Part shown: in pieces, positions 26,308 through 39,730 of the stretch | How the letters are laid out: each line of letters opens with the position of its first letter | How positions within the stretch are numbered: position 1 is the stretch's first letter | Assembly: GCF_036321535.1 (NCBI RefSeq) | Contig: NC_087472.1 | Coordinates: forward strand, 91,328,001-91,392,000 | Direction: 5' to 3' | Source of the DNA: Camelus dromedarius | Taxonomy: Eukaryota | Length of the DNA: 64,000 bases | The notes under the pieces: generated by a model | What the model was told of the DNA's origin: nothing | Databases searched by the model: none | Seen by the model: the letters and a program-made list of their open reading frames with translations, nothing else | Position numbers and translations under genes: made by a program

Positions 26308-26750
26308 ATTTGCAGCAACATGGATGGACCTGGAGATCGTCATTCTAAGTGAAATAAGCCAGAAAGAGAAAGAAAAATTCCATATGATATCACTTATATG
26401 TGGAATCTAAAAAAAAAAAAGGCAAACAAACTTATCTACAAAACAGAAACAGACTAACAGACATAGAAAACAAACTTAATGGTTACAGGGGAGGGGGGAA
26501 GGGGGTGGGAAGGGATAAATTGGGAGTTTGAGATTTGCAGATACTAACTACTATATATAAAACAGATAAAGAACAGGTTCATACTGTATAGCACAGAGAA
26601 CTATATTCAATATCTTGTAGTAACTTATGGTGAAAAAGAATGTGAAAATGAATATATGTACGTTCCTATATGACTGAAGTATTGTGCTGTACACCAGAAA
26701 TTGACACTACATTGTAAACTGATTATACTTCAATAAAATATTTTAAAAAC
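26308..26750 (+). mobile_element. L1 3' end
   Basis: TSD aactattgaaagc at 26295-26307 and 26751-26763. Confidence 0.9.
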
Positions 26751-28939
26751 AACTATTGAAAGCTTAAAGAATCTGGTTTTGTTCCACTGTGTATGTGTAA
26801 AGGAGAACCCTGCCTAGCTGCAGTCTGCAATTTATGTCTCATGGCGCATCCTCATGGCCTGTCTCTCCCAGCTACTGTCCTAGTTGCTTCTGCCTCTGGC
26901 AATCCTCCCTCCCACAGCCAGGCTGCCCTGAAGTGAGGGGACTGTCAAGGCCAGTCTGCACCTGTTCTGTGTGGCTCCGCTTGAGGTGACTTCTTTACCA
27001 TGGCTGGGACAGACGTCAGGATAGAATCAATCCCTCCTTCCCTGAGACTCTTTTCCTGATCTCTCAGGGGACCCAGAACATTCATTCAGCACCCTTCCTA
27101 GTATAGTGCTGGAGCTGCCACTTCTCACCGATCCCCTAGTCTTTGCCCCGAGGGGAAGGGCTTTGGGAATTAATGGCCGCTCCCCGCTTTCTGAGGGAAC
27201 AGGTCTTCTGCCAACCTTCTGAGGGGCCCAGGCTATACTTGTGTTATAACTCTCTGGCTGGGGATTTCTGCTTACCCCCAGTGACAGCACTCAAGTTGGA
27301 TCAATGTATCTGTCTCCTGCGTGAAAGGAAGGATTTTATTCTGTACAAGGTCTAAAATAGTTCTCAGGACAGGCTCTGTGTTCAAAAAAACATTGAGCAG
27401 CGAGAAATAATGAGCAGATAGAAACGTGGTTAGGCCCCCAGGCTAGCACAAATAAGCAGAATGAAGGCGGAGTCTATATTAAAAGAACAATAGATCAGAA
27501 CCACTAGGTGTAGCTATACTTCTGGGGGAAATGTCTTCAGCGGTTGCTGACAGCTCTAAATGGGAGAGTAGATCCTTCCAGTTCCAAGCTCCAGGTGGAG
27601 TCCATCTGGGAAGAGATTGGAATTCTAGGGTTGGAAAATAGCCTGTAAGGGGGAGTGGGAAGGCTTTAGGAGGCAGAAACCCCTACTGGGTTTGGAGCTG
27701 AGCGGCTGCGGTGGGCATGAGGGAGTTGATGAGCCTGGGAAAAGGAAGGTTCCTGTGGAGAGGACAGGTTGATGGTCTCTTCCTTTCTCATCCATGTCAC
27801 CAGGGCACTTCTGCATGTGATAAGCAGAGAATGAAACCGAAGGGGGAAGAGGACAAGTGGGAGGAGAAAGAGGAGGATGAATGGCAGCTAAGAAGTTTTA
27901 GGTCCTGAGTTACAGAACAGGTTTTTCTCTTCTCTACTTCCTTGCCTGTAGATGCTGTTGACCACTGAGGGAGGGGTTTCCTGCCCATCAAGTCCCTTCT
28001 CTTCTTACAGAGACCCTCCACCCTGCTTTGATCTAGGAAAGGCAAGAAGGCGCAGTCAGGACTTGGGAAGGGAGATTGAGAAAAGATGGAAGTGTGGCAG
28101 GGAAGTAGAGTCAGAGTTAGCTGCACGTCCACAGCAGGTGAGGGGGAGGAGACAAGGGAGGAATTCCATGGTCCAAAGGGAGGTATTTCTTAAGCACACA
28201 GGGAAGGACCAAGTGGGGGGCTTGTTTGCATTTTTATGCTTTTTCATAGGTAAAAATGAATAACCATTCTTCTAAGTGAGGAGTCTCCCATTGGCTGGAG
28301 AAAAGGAGTTGCACTTAGGAAAAAGAGATTTTTGTCTTGGGAGTTAATATATAAACCCATTTTAGTGGATTGAGTAACACTATGACTACCATTATTTTTA
28401 GAAAAAGGAAATATGCCCCAAGATGACTAATTCTGGTGGTGGTAAATGGTAAAGGAAATGGTTCTATTGTCACATTCATAATTGTTCCAGTGCCCTGGTC
28501 TTCTCCAGGAACAGGTGTGCTTTTCAAAGGATGTCTGTCATATGCTCAGTATGACAAAGACCACATCACTTTGCCATCTGCAGACTTGGCCACCACATCC
28601 TGATCTTGAAAATGTGAAATGTAAACCGAACCATGCTCCTTTTAGGACTCTATTCTTAGTAATTTATGTGAATTAACTTCTAGCCTAAATTTCCACATAC
28701 TTAAGAAGGTTTTCCATATATGCTTTTGCCACTCCTTAAGAAAACGAAACAAACCAAGACCTTTTGATCGCATGATGCTTTATATGCAAACAGGCAAGAG
28801 TATGTGTTTGATGTATTTAAGTAGTTCTTTTATTCAAAAAATGATTACAAGTATGCCAGATATATATATATATATATATATATAAAATGAGAAGTGTATA
28901 TATATATACTTCTCATTAGTGTTTCTAATTAGGGGATGT

Positions 28940-29400
28940 TTTAGCAAAATGCTTTTGAAGTCAGTCTTCCTGGGTTAAAATCTGAGCTCTACAGTTATTA
29001 GCTCTGTGTCCTTAGGAAAGCTAAGTAACTTCTTTTCGTCTCTGTCTCCTCATGTCTAAAACAGGACTAACATGGGCCCTGTTGGCAGGATTAAATAAGT
29101 TAATACATTTAAAGTTCTGAGAGCATTTTTTAGTGTATAATAAGTGCTCATCAAGTCTTAGTAGCTGTTATGTAAACCCAAAATAGTTCAATGGTGTGGT
29201 GGCAACAGAACAAGCTTAAAATCAGGAAGATCCAGATTTGTATCTTTAAATTTTGGTCTTTGCTAGATCTAGAAAATTATTTAACCTTTCTGAGCTTCAG
29301 TTTTCTTGTCTGTAAAACAGGAATAATGATACCTACTTTTGTGAATGTTACCGTGAGTCCTAAATAAGGTTAAGTAAATAACCCACATGTCATAGATACC
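28940..29400 (+). mobile_element. Two adjacent MIR elements
   Basis: ctgggttaaaatctgagctctac ... ctctgtgtccttagg and ctttctgagcttcagttttcttgtctgtaaaac MIR core motifs. Confidence 0.65.
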
Positions 29401-29901
29401 CTAGTCTCAGCAATACATACGTAAATGAATGAATTTAATTTTATTTAGTCCTGACTCTTGAGTACACTTAAAAATATTCTCTGTAGTGAAATATGAAGTA
29501 TGCAGAAAGCACTTCTGCTGCATATTGAAGTAGCATTGATGCCTCCAGGAAAAGCATTTGAGTGATTGAGATTCGGGCTGAACTAGCAGCTTTCCTCAGA
29601 AAACACCATTTTTTTCCTAAAAAACAACAAACTATGGCTATTCAGATTTGGAATACTGGTAGGTATTTTCTTGAAAAAGAATGGAGTCTGTCACTTCAAG
29701 GAAACCAATTGACAGTTTATGTTGCCAATGACCAAATTCAAGCCTCCAAATGAAAATTAAAATTTTGGAAAACTTGAGCCACTGTCATGAAATGTGTAAG
29801 CATTTGGAAGGGCTACATAACTCATTGAACCACTATTTTTTCAAATGACCAATGCATGATGTTATAAAATCATGCATGAACAAAAGACATATTCAAAGTA
29901 T

Positions 29902-32900
29902 GTCACCTTATACCTGCCAGTATGGCTATTATCAAAAAGACAGGAAATACCAAGTGTTAGAGAGGATGTGGAGAAAAGGGACCCCGCGTGCGCTGTTGGT
30001 GGGAGTATAAATTGGTGCAGCCACTATGGAAAGAGTATGTAAGTTCCTCGAAAAATTAAAAATAGGTCTACTGTATGATCCAGCAATGCCACCAATGGTA
30101 TCTATCTGAAGAAAATGAAAACACTAATTTGAAAAGATATATGCACTCCCATGTTCATTGCAGTATTATTTATAATACCCAAGATATGAAACAACCTAAA
30201 TATCCACTGATGAATGAATAGATAAAGATACGGTGTATGTGCATATACGTGCATGTGCACACATATACACACAATGGAACAATATTCAGCCATAAAAAAG
30301 AATGAAATCTTGCCATTTGAGACAACATGAATGGACCTTCAGGGTATTATGCTAAGTGGAATAAGTCAGACAGAGAAAAAGACAAATATCACATGAATTC
30401 CCTTATATGTGGAATCCAAAAAACAAAAGAAAACAAAACCCAGATTCATAGATACAGAGAACAGATTGGTGGTTGCCAGACGGGTAGGGGGCGGCAAAAT
30501 TGGTGAAGAGGATCAAGGAGTACAAACTTCTACCCTAGACACAGCAGAAAGACAATAAAAATAAATAAAAGGTATCCAAATTGGAAAGGAGGACGTAAAA
30601 CTGTCACTGTTTGCGTATGACATGATACTCTAGAGAACCCCCAAGACTTCATACAAAAACTACTAGAATTAATAAATGAATTCACAGCAAGGTAGCAGGA
30701 TAGAAGATTAGCACATAGAAATCTTTTTTATTTCTTTACAGTAACAATAAAATATGAGAGAGAGAAAGTAAAAATAAAATCTCATTTAAAATTGCATTAA
30801 AAAAATAACCTTAGAATAAGCTTAACCAAAGAGGTGAAAGACCTATAAAACACTCATAAAGGAAATTGAAGATGATTCAAAGAAATGAAAAGATATCCCA
30901 TGTTCTTATATTGGAAGAGAGATTATTTAAATGGCCATACTACCCAAAGAAATCTCCAGACTTAATGCAATCCCTACCAAAACACCCATGACATTTTTCA
31001 CAGATCTATAACAAATAATACTACAATTTATATGGAACCATAAAGGAGTCAGAATTACCAAAGCAATCCTCAGAAAAAAGAACAAAGCTGGAGGCATAAT
31101 CTGCTGAGACTGCAGACAAAACTATGAAGCTATAGTATTTGTTTAATCAAAACAGTATGGTACTGGCACAAAAACATACATATAAATCAATGGAACAGAA
31201 CAGAGAGCCCAGAAATAAACCCACATATCTACAGTCAATTAATCTATGACAAAGGAGGCAAGAATATACCATGGAGAAAAGATAGTCCCTTCAGCAACTG
31301 GTGCTGGGAAAGCTAGGCAGCTACATGTAAATCAATGTAGATCAATTAAATTAGTACACTCCCTCACATCATATACAAAAATACACTCAAAATGGTGTAA
31401 AGACCTAAATGTAACATACGACACTGTAAAACTCCTAGAAGAGAACATAGCTAAAACATTCTTGGACATAAATGGCAGAAATATTTTCTTAAATCTGTCT
31501 CTCAAGGCAAAAGAAATAAAAGCAAAAATAAACAAATCGGACCTAATCAAACTTAAAAGCTTCTTCACAGCAAAAGTACCATCAACAAAACGAACAGACG
31601 ACTGACGGAAAGGGAGAAAATATTTGCAAGCAATGTGACAGAAAATGGGTTAATATTCAAAATATACAAACAGCTCATATATCTCAATATAAAAAACAAA
31701 GAATCTAATCAAAAATGGGCAGAAGACCTAAACAGACATTTCTCTAAAGAAAACATATAGATGGCCAACAGGCACATGAAAAGATGCTCAACATTGCTAA
31801 TTATTAGAAAAATGCACATCAAAACCACAGTGAGGAATGTCGCGAGTATCTTGAAGGGGGTTGCACTGGATCTGTGGATTGCTTTGGGCAGTGTGGCCAT
31901 TTTCATAGTGTTGATTCTTACAATTCAAGAGCACAAGAAATCTTTCCATTTCTTTGTGTCATTTCGGTTTTCAGAGTATACGTAACCTCCTTGGTTAAGT
32001 TTATTTCTAGGTATTTTGTTGTTTTTGATATAATGGAAATGTCTCTGCTGGTTATAAAATTCTGGTTTTTGAAGTGAAGAAAAAAAGTGAATGAAGGGCC
32101 GCAAATGGCAAAATATCCTTCTGTTTTATGGGTGAGTTGCATTTCATTATATATATATATATGCAGCATATATATACTATTCAAATACTTATGTGCACTT
32201 AGGATGCTTCCATATCTTGGCAATTATAAATAATGTTGCTGTTGACAGCAAGGTGTATGTATCTTTTTGAATTAATTCTTATTTTGTGGTTGGCATTATT
32301 CCTTTGATAACTATGTAAGTTTAAAAAGCTAAAGCTCTAAACGTTCTAAGAAACAATGAACAGTACATCTATGTAGATTAAAAAATACATGTACAGTAAA
32401 AAAAAATCTATCAAGCCATGAAAGACATGGAAGAAACTTAAAAGACATATTGCTAAATGAAAGAAGCCAGTCAGAAAAGGCTACAAACTGTACGATTCCA
32501 ACCAAATGCCATTCTGGAAAAGGCACCGCTACAGAAACAATAAAAAGATCGTGGTTTCCAGGGGTTTGGGGAGAGGGATGGAGGGAGGAATGAATAGATG
32601 GAGCTCAAGGGATTTTTAGGGCAATGAAAATTATTCTGTATGATACTATAGTGGTGGCTACATGTCATTATGCATTTGTCAAAATCCATAGAATGTACAA
32701 CATCAAGAGTGAACCCTAATGTAAACTATGGACTTTGGTTGATAATAATGTGCCCATGTTGGTTTGTTGATTGTACCAAATATGCCACACTGATGAGGGA
32801 TGTTGAGGGTAGGGGAGTATGTATGTGTGGGTGGGGAGGGCTATGTGGGAACTCTGTATTTTCTGCTCAATTCTGCTGTGAACCTGAAACTGCTCTAAAA

Positions 32901-33908
32901 GAATAAAGTCTATTTAAAAAAAAAAAACCACAATGAGGTGTCCTCACATCAGTCAAAATGGCTAACATCAAAAAGCCTACAAATAATAAATGCTGGAGAG
33001 GGTGTGGAGAAAATGGAACCCTCCTCTACTGTTAGTAGGAATTTAAATTGGTGCAGTCACTATGGAAAACAGAATTACTGTATTATCCAGCAATCTCACT
33101 CCTGGCCATATATCTGGAAAAGATGAAAACTCTAACTTGAAAAGATACACACACCCCGATGTTCAAAAAAATACTATTTACAAAAGCCAAGACATGGAAA
33201 CAACCCATCAACAGATGACTGGTTTAAAAAGATATGTTATATATAATGGAATATTACTCAGCCATAAAAAGAATAAAATATTGCCATTTGCAGCAACATG
33301 GATGGAGTTAGAGAGTATCATAGTAAGTCAAGTAAGTCAGGAAAAGAAAAATATTGTATCACTTATATGTGGAATCTAAAAAACAATACAAATGAATCTA
33401 TATACAAAATAGAAACAGACTCACATACATAAAAAACAAACGAAAGGGAAAGAGGAGGGGATGATAAATTAGGAGTATGGGATTAACAGATACAAACTAC
33501 TATACATAAAGTAGATAAGCAACAAGGATTTATGGTATAGCACAGGGAACTATATTCAATATCTTATAAGAATCTATAATGGAAAATAATCTGAAAAAAA
33601 TGTAACTGATTCACTCTGCTGTATACCTGAGACTAACACAATATTGTAAGTCAACTATACTTCAATTAAAGAAAAGAAATACAAACCTCGAGTTATAAAA
33701 TACATAAATCATGGTGATGCAAAGTACAGCGTGGGGAATACAGTCAGTAACATTGTATTAACTTTGTATAGTGACAGAGAGTAACTGGACTTATTGTAGT
33801 GACTACTTCACGATGTATACAAATATCATATCACTATGTTGTACCTTGAAACTAACATAATATTGTATGTCAGTTATATCTCAATTAAAAAATGAAAAAA
33901 AAAAAACC
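29902..33908 (+). mobile_element. Nested L1 cluster: outer L1 (29902-30530 + 33680-33908), inner L1 with ORF2 remnants (30531-33679), innermost composite (31836-32923)
   Basis: ORF2-like translation at 31246-31605. Duplications tacaaac(t/c)tc at 30521 and 33680, and aaaaccaca(g/a)tgagg at 31821-31835 and 32924-32938. Confidence 0.88.
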
Positions 33909-34020
33909 TTCAAAGTATAAGACAGACCCATGGATTTTAATGTAACATAGTATGGAAAGTTCATTGATATGGTTTCAGATTCTACATTACAAACAATCTT
34001 TAATAAATTATCACTTGTTG

Positions 34021-34660
34021 ATTTGAAAAGATACATGCACCTCAATGTCCATAGCAGCACTATATATAACAGCCAAGACACAGAAACAACCTATATGTCC
34101 ATCGACAGATGGCTGGATAGACAAGTTGTGGTATGTTTATACAGTGGAATACTACTCAGCCATAAAAATAAAATAATGTGATTTGCAGCAACATGAATGG
34201 ACCTAGAGACTGTCATTCTAAGTGAAGTAAGCCAGAAAGAGAAAGAAAAATAGCATATGATATCATTCATATGTGGAATCTAAAATAAAGAAAAAAAAAG
34301 AGGACACTAATGAACTCATCTACAAAACAGAAACAGACTTGCAGACATAGTAAACATACGGTTACCGGGGGGGAATGGGGTGGGAAGGGATAAACTTGGG
34401 AGTTTGAGATTTGCAAATGTTAGTCACTATATATAAAAATAAATAAAACCCCCAAATTTCTTCTGTATAGCACAGGGAACTATATTCAATATCTTGTAAT
34501 AACCTTTAATGAAAAAGAATATGAAAATGAATATATGTATGTATATGCATGACTGGGACATTGTGCTGTATACCAGAGATTGATACATTGTAACTGATTG
34601 TACTTCAATGAAACAAACAAACAAACAAACAAACAAACCCCAAAAAGCAAAAAGAAGAAG
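34021..34660 (+). mobile_element. L1 3' end with (AAAC)n tail
   Basis: Same family as 5577-6048. Confidence 0.85.
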
Positions 34661-35124
34661 TTATAAGTTGAGTTGTGGTGTCATGTCAAAGCAGGATATT
34701 CATAATTATCTGAAAAGCCTACCAAAATACTCTTCCCTTGTCCAACTGCACATTTCTGAGGGGCTGGATTTTCTTCATATACTTCAAGTTGAAGTCTTCA
34801 ACCAAAACAAAGTATCCCAATAGATTAAATGCAGAACTAGCTGTCTTCTATAAACCAACATTAAAGAGATTTGTAAAAATAGAAAATGATTCTACTCTTC
34901 TCGTCAGTAATTTTGAAAAATAAATTTTTCTTCAAAACTGTCACTTATATTACTATTTAATGGGTCCATTATTGTGGTCTTTAAGCTAGCTAATACATAA
35001 TAAAATTATTGATATTTGGAAAATATCAGCATAATCCATCTAAACAAAAGCTCTTTGGCATCCTCCATACTTTTTAAGTGTGTGAAGGTATCCTGACATT
35101 AAAAATTTGACAACTACTGCTCTG

Positions 35125-35450
35125 GACCATTATTTCTGAACATTAGAACAGCAGAATGCTAGAATCACCTGAGGAGCTTTTTAAAACTATCAATGCCTGG
35201 CCTCACCCCAGATAACTTAAATCAGAATTTCTAAGTCTAAAACCTGGGCATTAATATATATGTATGTTTTTAAACTCCCAAGGTGATACTACTGTACATC
35301 CAGGGTTGAAAACTATCACCCTAGTGTATTGTTTTTTAAACTTGCCCAATCTTGGATCTAATGAACCAAATCCCTGGGGGAAGTGGCTGGAAAATCTGTC
35401 TGTTGAATAAACATCTCAGATGATTCTTAAAATGAGACAACTGAAGGAAA
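35125..35450. mobile_element. MER5-type hAT MITE fragments
   Basis: agaatcacctgaggagctttttaaaa ... aaatcagaatttct ... cagggttgaaaact. Confidence 0.65.
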
Positions 35451-35684
35451 CATGGCACCATTCTCTTCCCAACCTCCTCAGTCTTGATGGCAAGCTAGCT
35501 AAGGCGTTAGTGGCTAACAAAGGCATTACTCAAAAAATTCAACTCACAGAGTTTGGAATACACTTTAAAACTTCCCCTGGGAAATTACCTATTGATGTGA
35601 GATTTTGCATGCAGAAATGACTTTAAAATCTAAAGGAATAAGGACAGTGTAGTTAATTAATTGACAAGGTATTATTCTTGTGCG

Positions 35685-36110
35685 GAGGGACTTTTCTCCC
35701 AGACCCCTCAAGTTTCACAGTTTTGGGGGAAGTATGTTGTATATTTGGGTTGGGCGCGTGAACTTTGCATAGGCAGCTGACTCCTCAGCCCAAGTGTTTA
35801 GAGGGACTTAAGTCACAGGACTGGCAAGAACCAGTTTTTCTTGATTTGACTGTCTTGAAACTATGATAAAAGCTTTGTAAATACAATTCCATTTCCTCAT
35901 GAATTTTAAGAAGGCAAATAGATCCAAGGAGGGGGTCCAAAGGATTACCTTGGAGTGCTGACCAGAAAGTGGTTTATGGGAATCACAGTGGAGAAGTGAA
36001 ACTTGCCTGAGAGAATACACCCTCAAATTCCTACTTTTTATCTTTGGGTAAAACAGGAAGAAGGCACCGCCAGTATTCAATAGTAATTTCCTGTCTGCAG
36101 CACCACAGTC
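35685..36110. promoter_or_regulatory. Candidate immune enhancer (IRF/ETS/RUNX/NF-kB-like cluster)
   Basis: GGGACTTTTC at 35687, GGGGAAGT at 35726, GAGAAGTGAAACT at 35991-36003, ACAGGAAG at 36053, TTTCCTGT at 36087 and ACCACA at 36102. Confidence 0.4.
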
Positions 36111-36529
36111 GTTCTTTTTCCTAGTCAAGGAAATGTAGAAATCACTTAAGTAAGAGTGAGAGGAGGGAGAGACTGAGCCTTAGTTTTTATGGACTAAATG
36201 TGTAATGCTGGGGTCATAATAAATGTTCAATAATAGTAGTGATCATTTGTCTAGAGCTCAATGTTCAAAAGGTGCAAAAATATTAATAATTCTGTGCAGA
36301 ACATTTCTTTAATATAACTTGTTTTCCACAAGGCTCACACTGAAAATTTGTACAAACCTCTAAGAAAAACTTAGCAGCCAGAAAAGATAACCATAAAGAT
36401 GAAAACAGTATTTTCCTTTAGGGAGTGCAAATGAGGGGGTTAGGGAATGAATCTTTTCCCTTTATAGCTCTCAACTATTATATTTTTTAAACCATGAGCA
36501 GCTAGTTTTTAGGCATTTAAAAATTTTAT

Positions 36530-37163
36530 TTACCTATTTAATTTTAATTTTTTATTGAAGTATAGTCGATTTACAATGTTGTGTTAGTTTCTGGTGTGCA
36601 GCATAATGATTCAGTTATATATATATATAAAAATATACATATATATTCCTTCAGTTATATGTATTATTCAGTTATATATATATTCCTTTTCTTCTCCTTT
36701 TTCAGTTTTATTAGGTAGAATTATTACAGTTAGACTGCAATATACATTATATTGTGTGTAAATACATATATACAGTAGACTGCACTTTTTTTAGTTTACA
36801 TGTGTGTACTGATCATTGTTTCTAAGAACAGATTAGAGCTTTAGCTTTTTAAACTTACATAGTTATGAAAGGAATAAAGCCAATTACAAAATAAGAATCA
36901 ACAGAAAGTGGTAATCCAATCATAAAGGGCAGTCAAATGTGCTTACATATATTCAAGAAATCAAAATAATAATTAGTTCATTTGCGTCCTTATTATTATT
37001 GTTTATAGGTTATTACAAGATATTGAATATAGTTCCCTATACAGTAGGACCTTGTTTATCTATTTTATATATAGTAATTAGTATCTACAAATCCTGAACT
37101 CCTTAACTCCCAATTTATCTCTCCGCACCCTCTTCCCCCCCGGTAACCGTAAGTTTATTTTAT
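36530..37163 (-). mobile_element. L1 3' end interrupted by a variant-tail segment (about 36690-37000)
   Basis: ttattgaagtatagtcgatttacaatgttg ... ttacaagatattgaatatagttccct. Confidence 0.85.
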
Positions 37164-37179
37164 CATAGACATTTAAAAA

Positions 37180-37302
37180 TTTTTTATTTATTATTTAATA
37201 AATTTAAATTTTATTTATTTTTTAATCAAGGTACTGGGGATCAAACCCAGGACCTCATGCATGCTAAGCTGGAACTCTACCACTGAGTTGTAGCCCCCAG
37301 CC
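37180..37302 (-). mobile_element. tRNA-Ala-derived SINE (Vic-1-like)
   Basis: ggtactggggatcaaacccaggacctc. TSD catagacatt at 37164-37173 and 37303-37312. Confidence 0.85.
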
Positions 37303-37444
37303 CATAGACATTTTTTCAAATGAGAAGTTTAAATATTGAATTACATGATTATACAATTGGAGACCTAGAAGGGGCCTTGGAGATCCCTCTCTCCCCCTCA
37401 ATCCCAACTCTCAGAATAATTCCAACTTCCTCTTCATTATTATC

Positions 37445-37900
37445 TAGTAGCAGTATTGGAATTCCCACAATTCTTTTCTTCCATCAAGAAGTAGAATCTT
37501 CTACATATGGGTTGGCCATGTGAGTTGCTTTGATTAACAGGCTGTGCTTTGATCAATGGAATGTGAGCACATGTTACACAAGCAGAATCTTGAAAAACAC
37601 TGGGTCACTGGGGTCTGCCAGTGTGTTCTTGTCACTTGTCTACCTGTTGATGATGAGAGAAAGGGCCTATTTGTCCTCATTGCCCTAGCCAATCACTGGA
37701 CATGTTAGCAAGGCCACCTGGGGCCAGTCAGCCGCCATCTGTTTCTCCAACCAACCACAGACACATGAGCAATCCCAGATGAGATCAGGTCAGCATGACC
37801 CAGACCAGTAGAACCCTCTTAGAGAATGGTGAACTAAATAAATGGTGGTTGTTTTAAACCACAAAGTTTCAGTATGGTTTGTTATGTAGTAACTGATACA
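37445..37900 (+). mobile_element. MaLR LTR (MLT1H/I-like)
   Basis: ccatcaagaagtagaatct, tgttttaaaccacaaagttt and gtttgttatgtag motifs. Confidence 0.65.
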
Positions 37901-39614
37901 ATCTCTAAACTAGGAATTTTCTGCTCTAGTCAAATAGGTACATTCAATCTCCACGACAAACCATTCATTGCTCATATGCCTTTGTTCACACTCTTTCCCT
38001 AAACAAACTCTGCTCCTTGCCTTCACTCTGTATTCAAGACCTGTTTTCTTTGATGGTATCCTCAAGTCTTCTACCTCTCCACGACCAAGCGCTTCCTTTC
38101 CTAAACTCTTGAAACATGTTTTATATCTCTTAAGCATGCCAATGTTAGTTTCAAAATTCTGTTGGAAATATTTATGTAGTTGAACACAACAGAGGTTAAT
38201 GAGATTTAATCCAAAGTAATTTTACAGAAATAAGTTGTTTACTTTTTTCTTTCCAATTTTATTACTATTTAAGTCAACAGTTACTACTTAACTAAAGTTA
38301 CTACTTAACTTCTTTGACAGTTGTACAGCACTTAAAAGCAGTTATTTACCTTTGTATGTATATGTCCAATTTCTGTCATAATGTTGACTTCTAAAGGGTA
38401 GAAATTTTTCCTCATCTCTTTCTTAAAGTGTTCTGTACAGGACCTAGTATATAATACAAAAAGAACAGTGCTCTGGCTTTGGAGTCAGAAAAACCTGGGT
38501 CCAAATCCCTGGCACCTACTAGCTGTGTGTCCTTGGGTAAAAGAATTAACTTCTCTGAAAGCCAAACTTTTCTTATTTAAAAAATAATTATATTTACTTT
38601 ACAAGGTTATTTTGAGGATTAAATGGCATAAACCTTTTAGCCAGTACTGAACACTTAGTAGGCATGCTGCAAATAAAAACTTACTATGTAGATACACATT
38701 ACTACATATAAAATAGATAAACAACAAGGACCTCCTGTACAGCACTGGGAATTATATTAAACTTCTTGTAATGAGTTGTAATGGAAAAGAATCTGAAAAA
38801 AAATGTATATGTAAAAAAACACTTTTGCTATGAAAAAAGCCTCATGTTATGATGCCGAGCACAGGTGCCTCAAAACCTGGCTACTCAAAGTGTGCATACG
38901 AGCATCACTGTCATCCCCTAGGAGACTGCTACAACTACAGAACGTCAGACCCCACCTCAGACCTCCTGAGTTTGGTTTTAATAAGATTCCTTGGTGATTC
39001 CTATGTATGTCAAAATATGAGAAGCACTGCCTTAAAAGACCTTAAAGTAAAGCCAAGAGACCTGTAAATTGATTTGACATGATGTCTGGGCAATTAAGCA
39101 CTTAAATCCATTGGGTGAGATTTTCATCTAATCTCATTATTTGATGGGAATTTCTGATCCTGAGCCCCCAAAAGAAAACTTGCATCAGCATATGCATCAT
39201 TAGTAATTCCTCCAAGAGAACTGATAAAAAGGATTTCCTTCTTCTCTAAACTTCAAAACTGATTGATTTCTACTAAATGTGAATGCAGAGGGACTTGAAG
39301 GTTTAAAATTTATTTTGAAACATTTTTCATTAGCCTCAAACATCTTTCTTTTCAAACCTAGGAATTAAAGAGCAAGGGAAAGAGCTACAAAGAATACTAT
39401 TTGTTGTTGTAAATGGTACCTGTAAATAGAAGTTGCTTAAACAAAGTTAGTTCTTGAATCTATAGTCCAATATACACACTGCTTGAATTTTACTCTATAT
39501 GAACAGGAACCAAAGGAGGGTTTGATGCAGCCAGTAGGAGACAAGAGATGGAAAATTTCTACCCCAGAAGACTTTCCACTAAGGGAGGAAATCTGGAGAC
39601 TTAAGGGCTCAACG

Positions 39615-39730
39615 GTACTATTTTCACTTCCCTGTTGCTTTGTGAAATAATGTTATTTGGACTGAGGTTCTAGTTTCTCCTCCATAGCCCTCATGTGTCC
39701 CTGGCTGCCTTTATAAACATGAGTCAGTAT
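39615..39730 (+). promoter_or_regulatory. Candidate TASL promoter with ETS-IRF composite element
   Basis: TTTTCACTTCCC at 39621-39632 (reverse complement contains GGAAGTGAAA, the EICE consensus), TATAAA at 39712-39717 and AP-1 TGAGTCA at 39720-39726. No recognisable repeat; about 16 kb upstream of the coding exon. Confidence 0.5.

Larger units (their letters stand above)
29430..35120 (+). mobile_element. Charlie1-like hAT transposon split into three pieces (about 29430-29901, 33909-34020, 34665-35120) by nested L1s
   Basis: gcacttctgctgcatattgaagta, acccatggattttaatgtaaca and aaagctctttggcatcctc motifs. Duplication ttcaaagtat at 29892-29901 and 33909-33918. Confidence 0.7.

Noticed and set aside
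31246..31605. Functional L1 ORF2 or host gene (also 9289-9573 and 33062-33379)
   Set aside because: Fragmented, frameshifted L1 remnants.
38279..38310. Short direct duplications (also 52386-52419)
   Set aside because: Two-copy 17-18 bp slippage events are common and uninformative.
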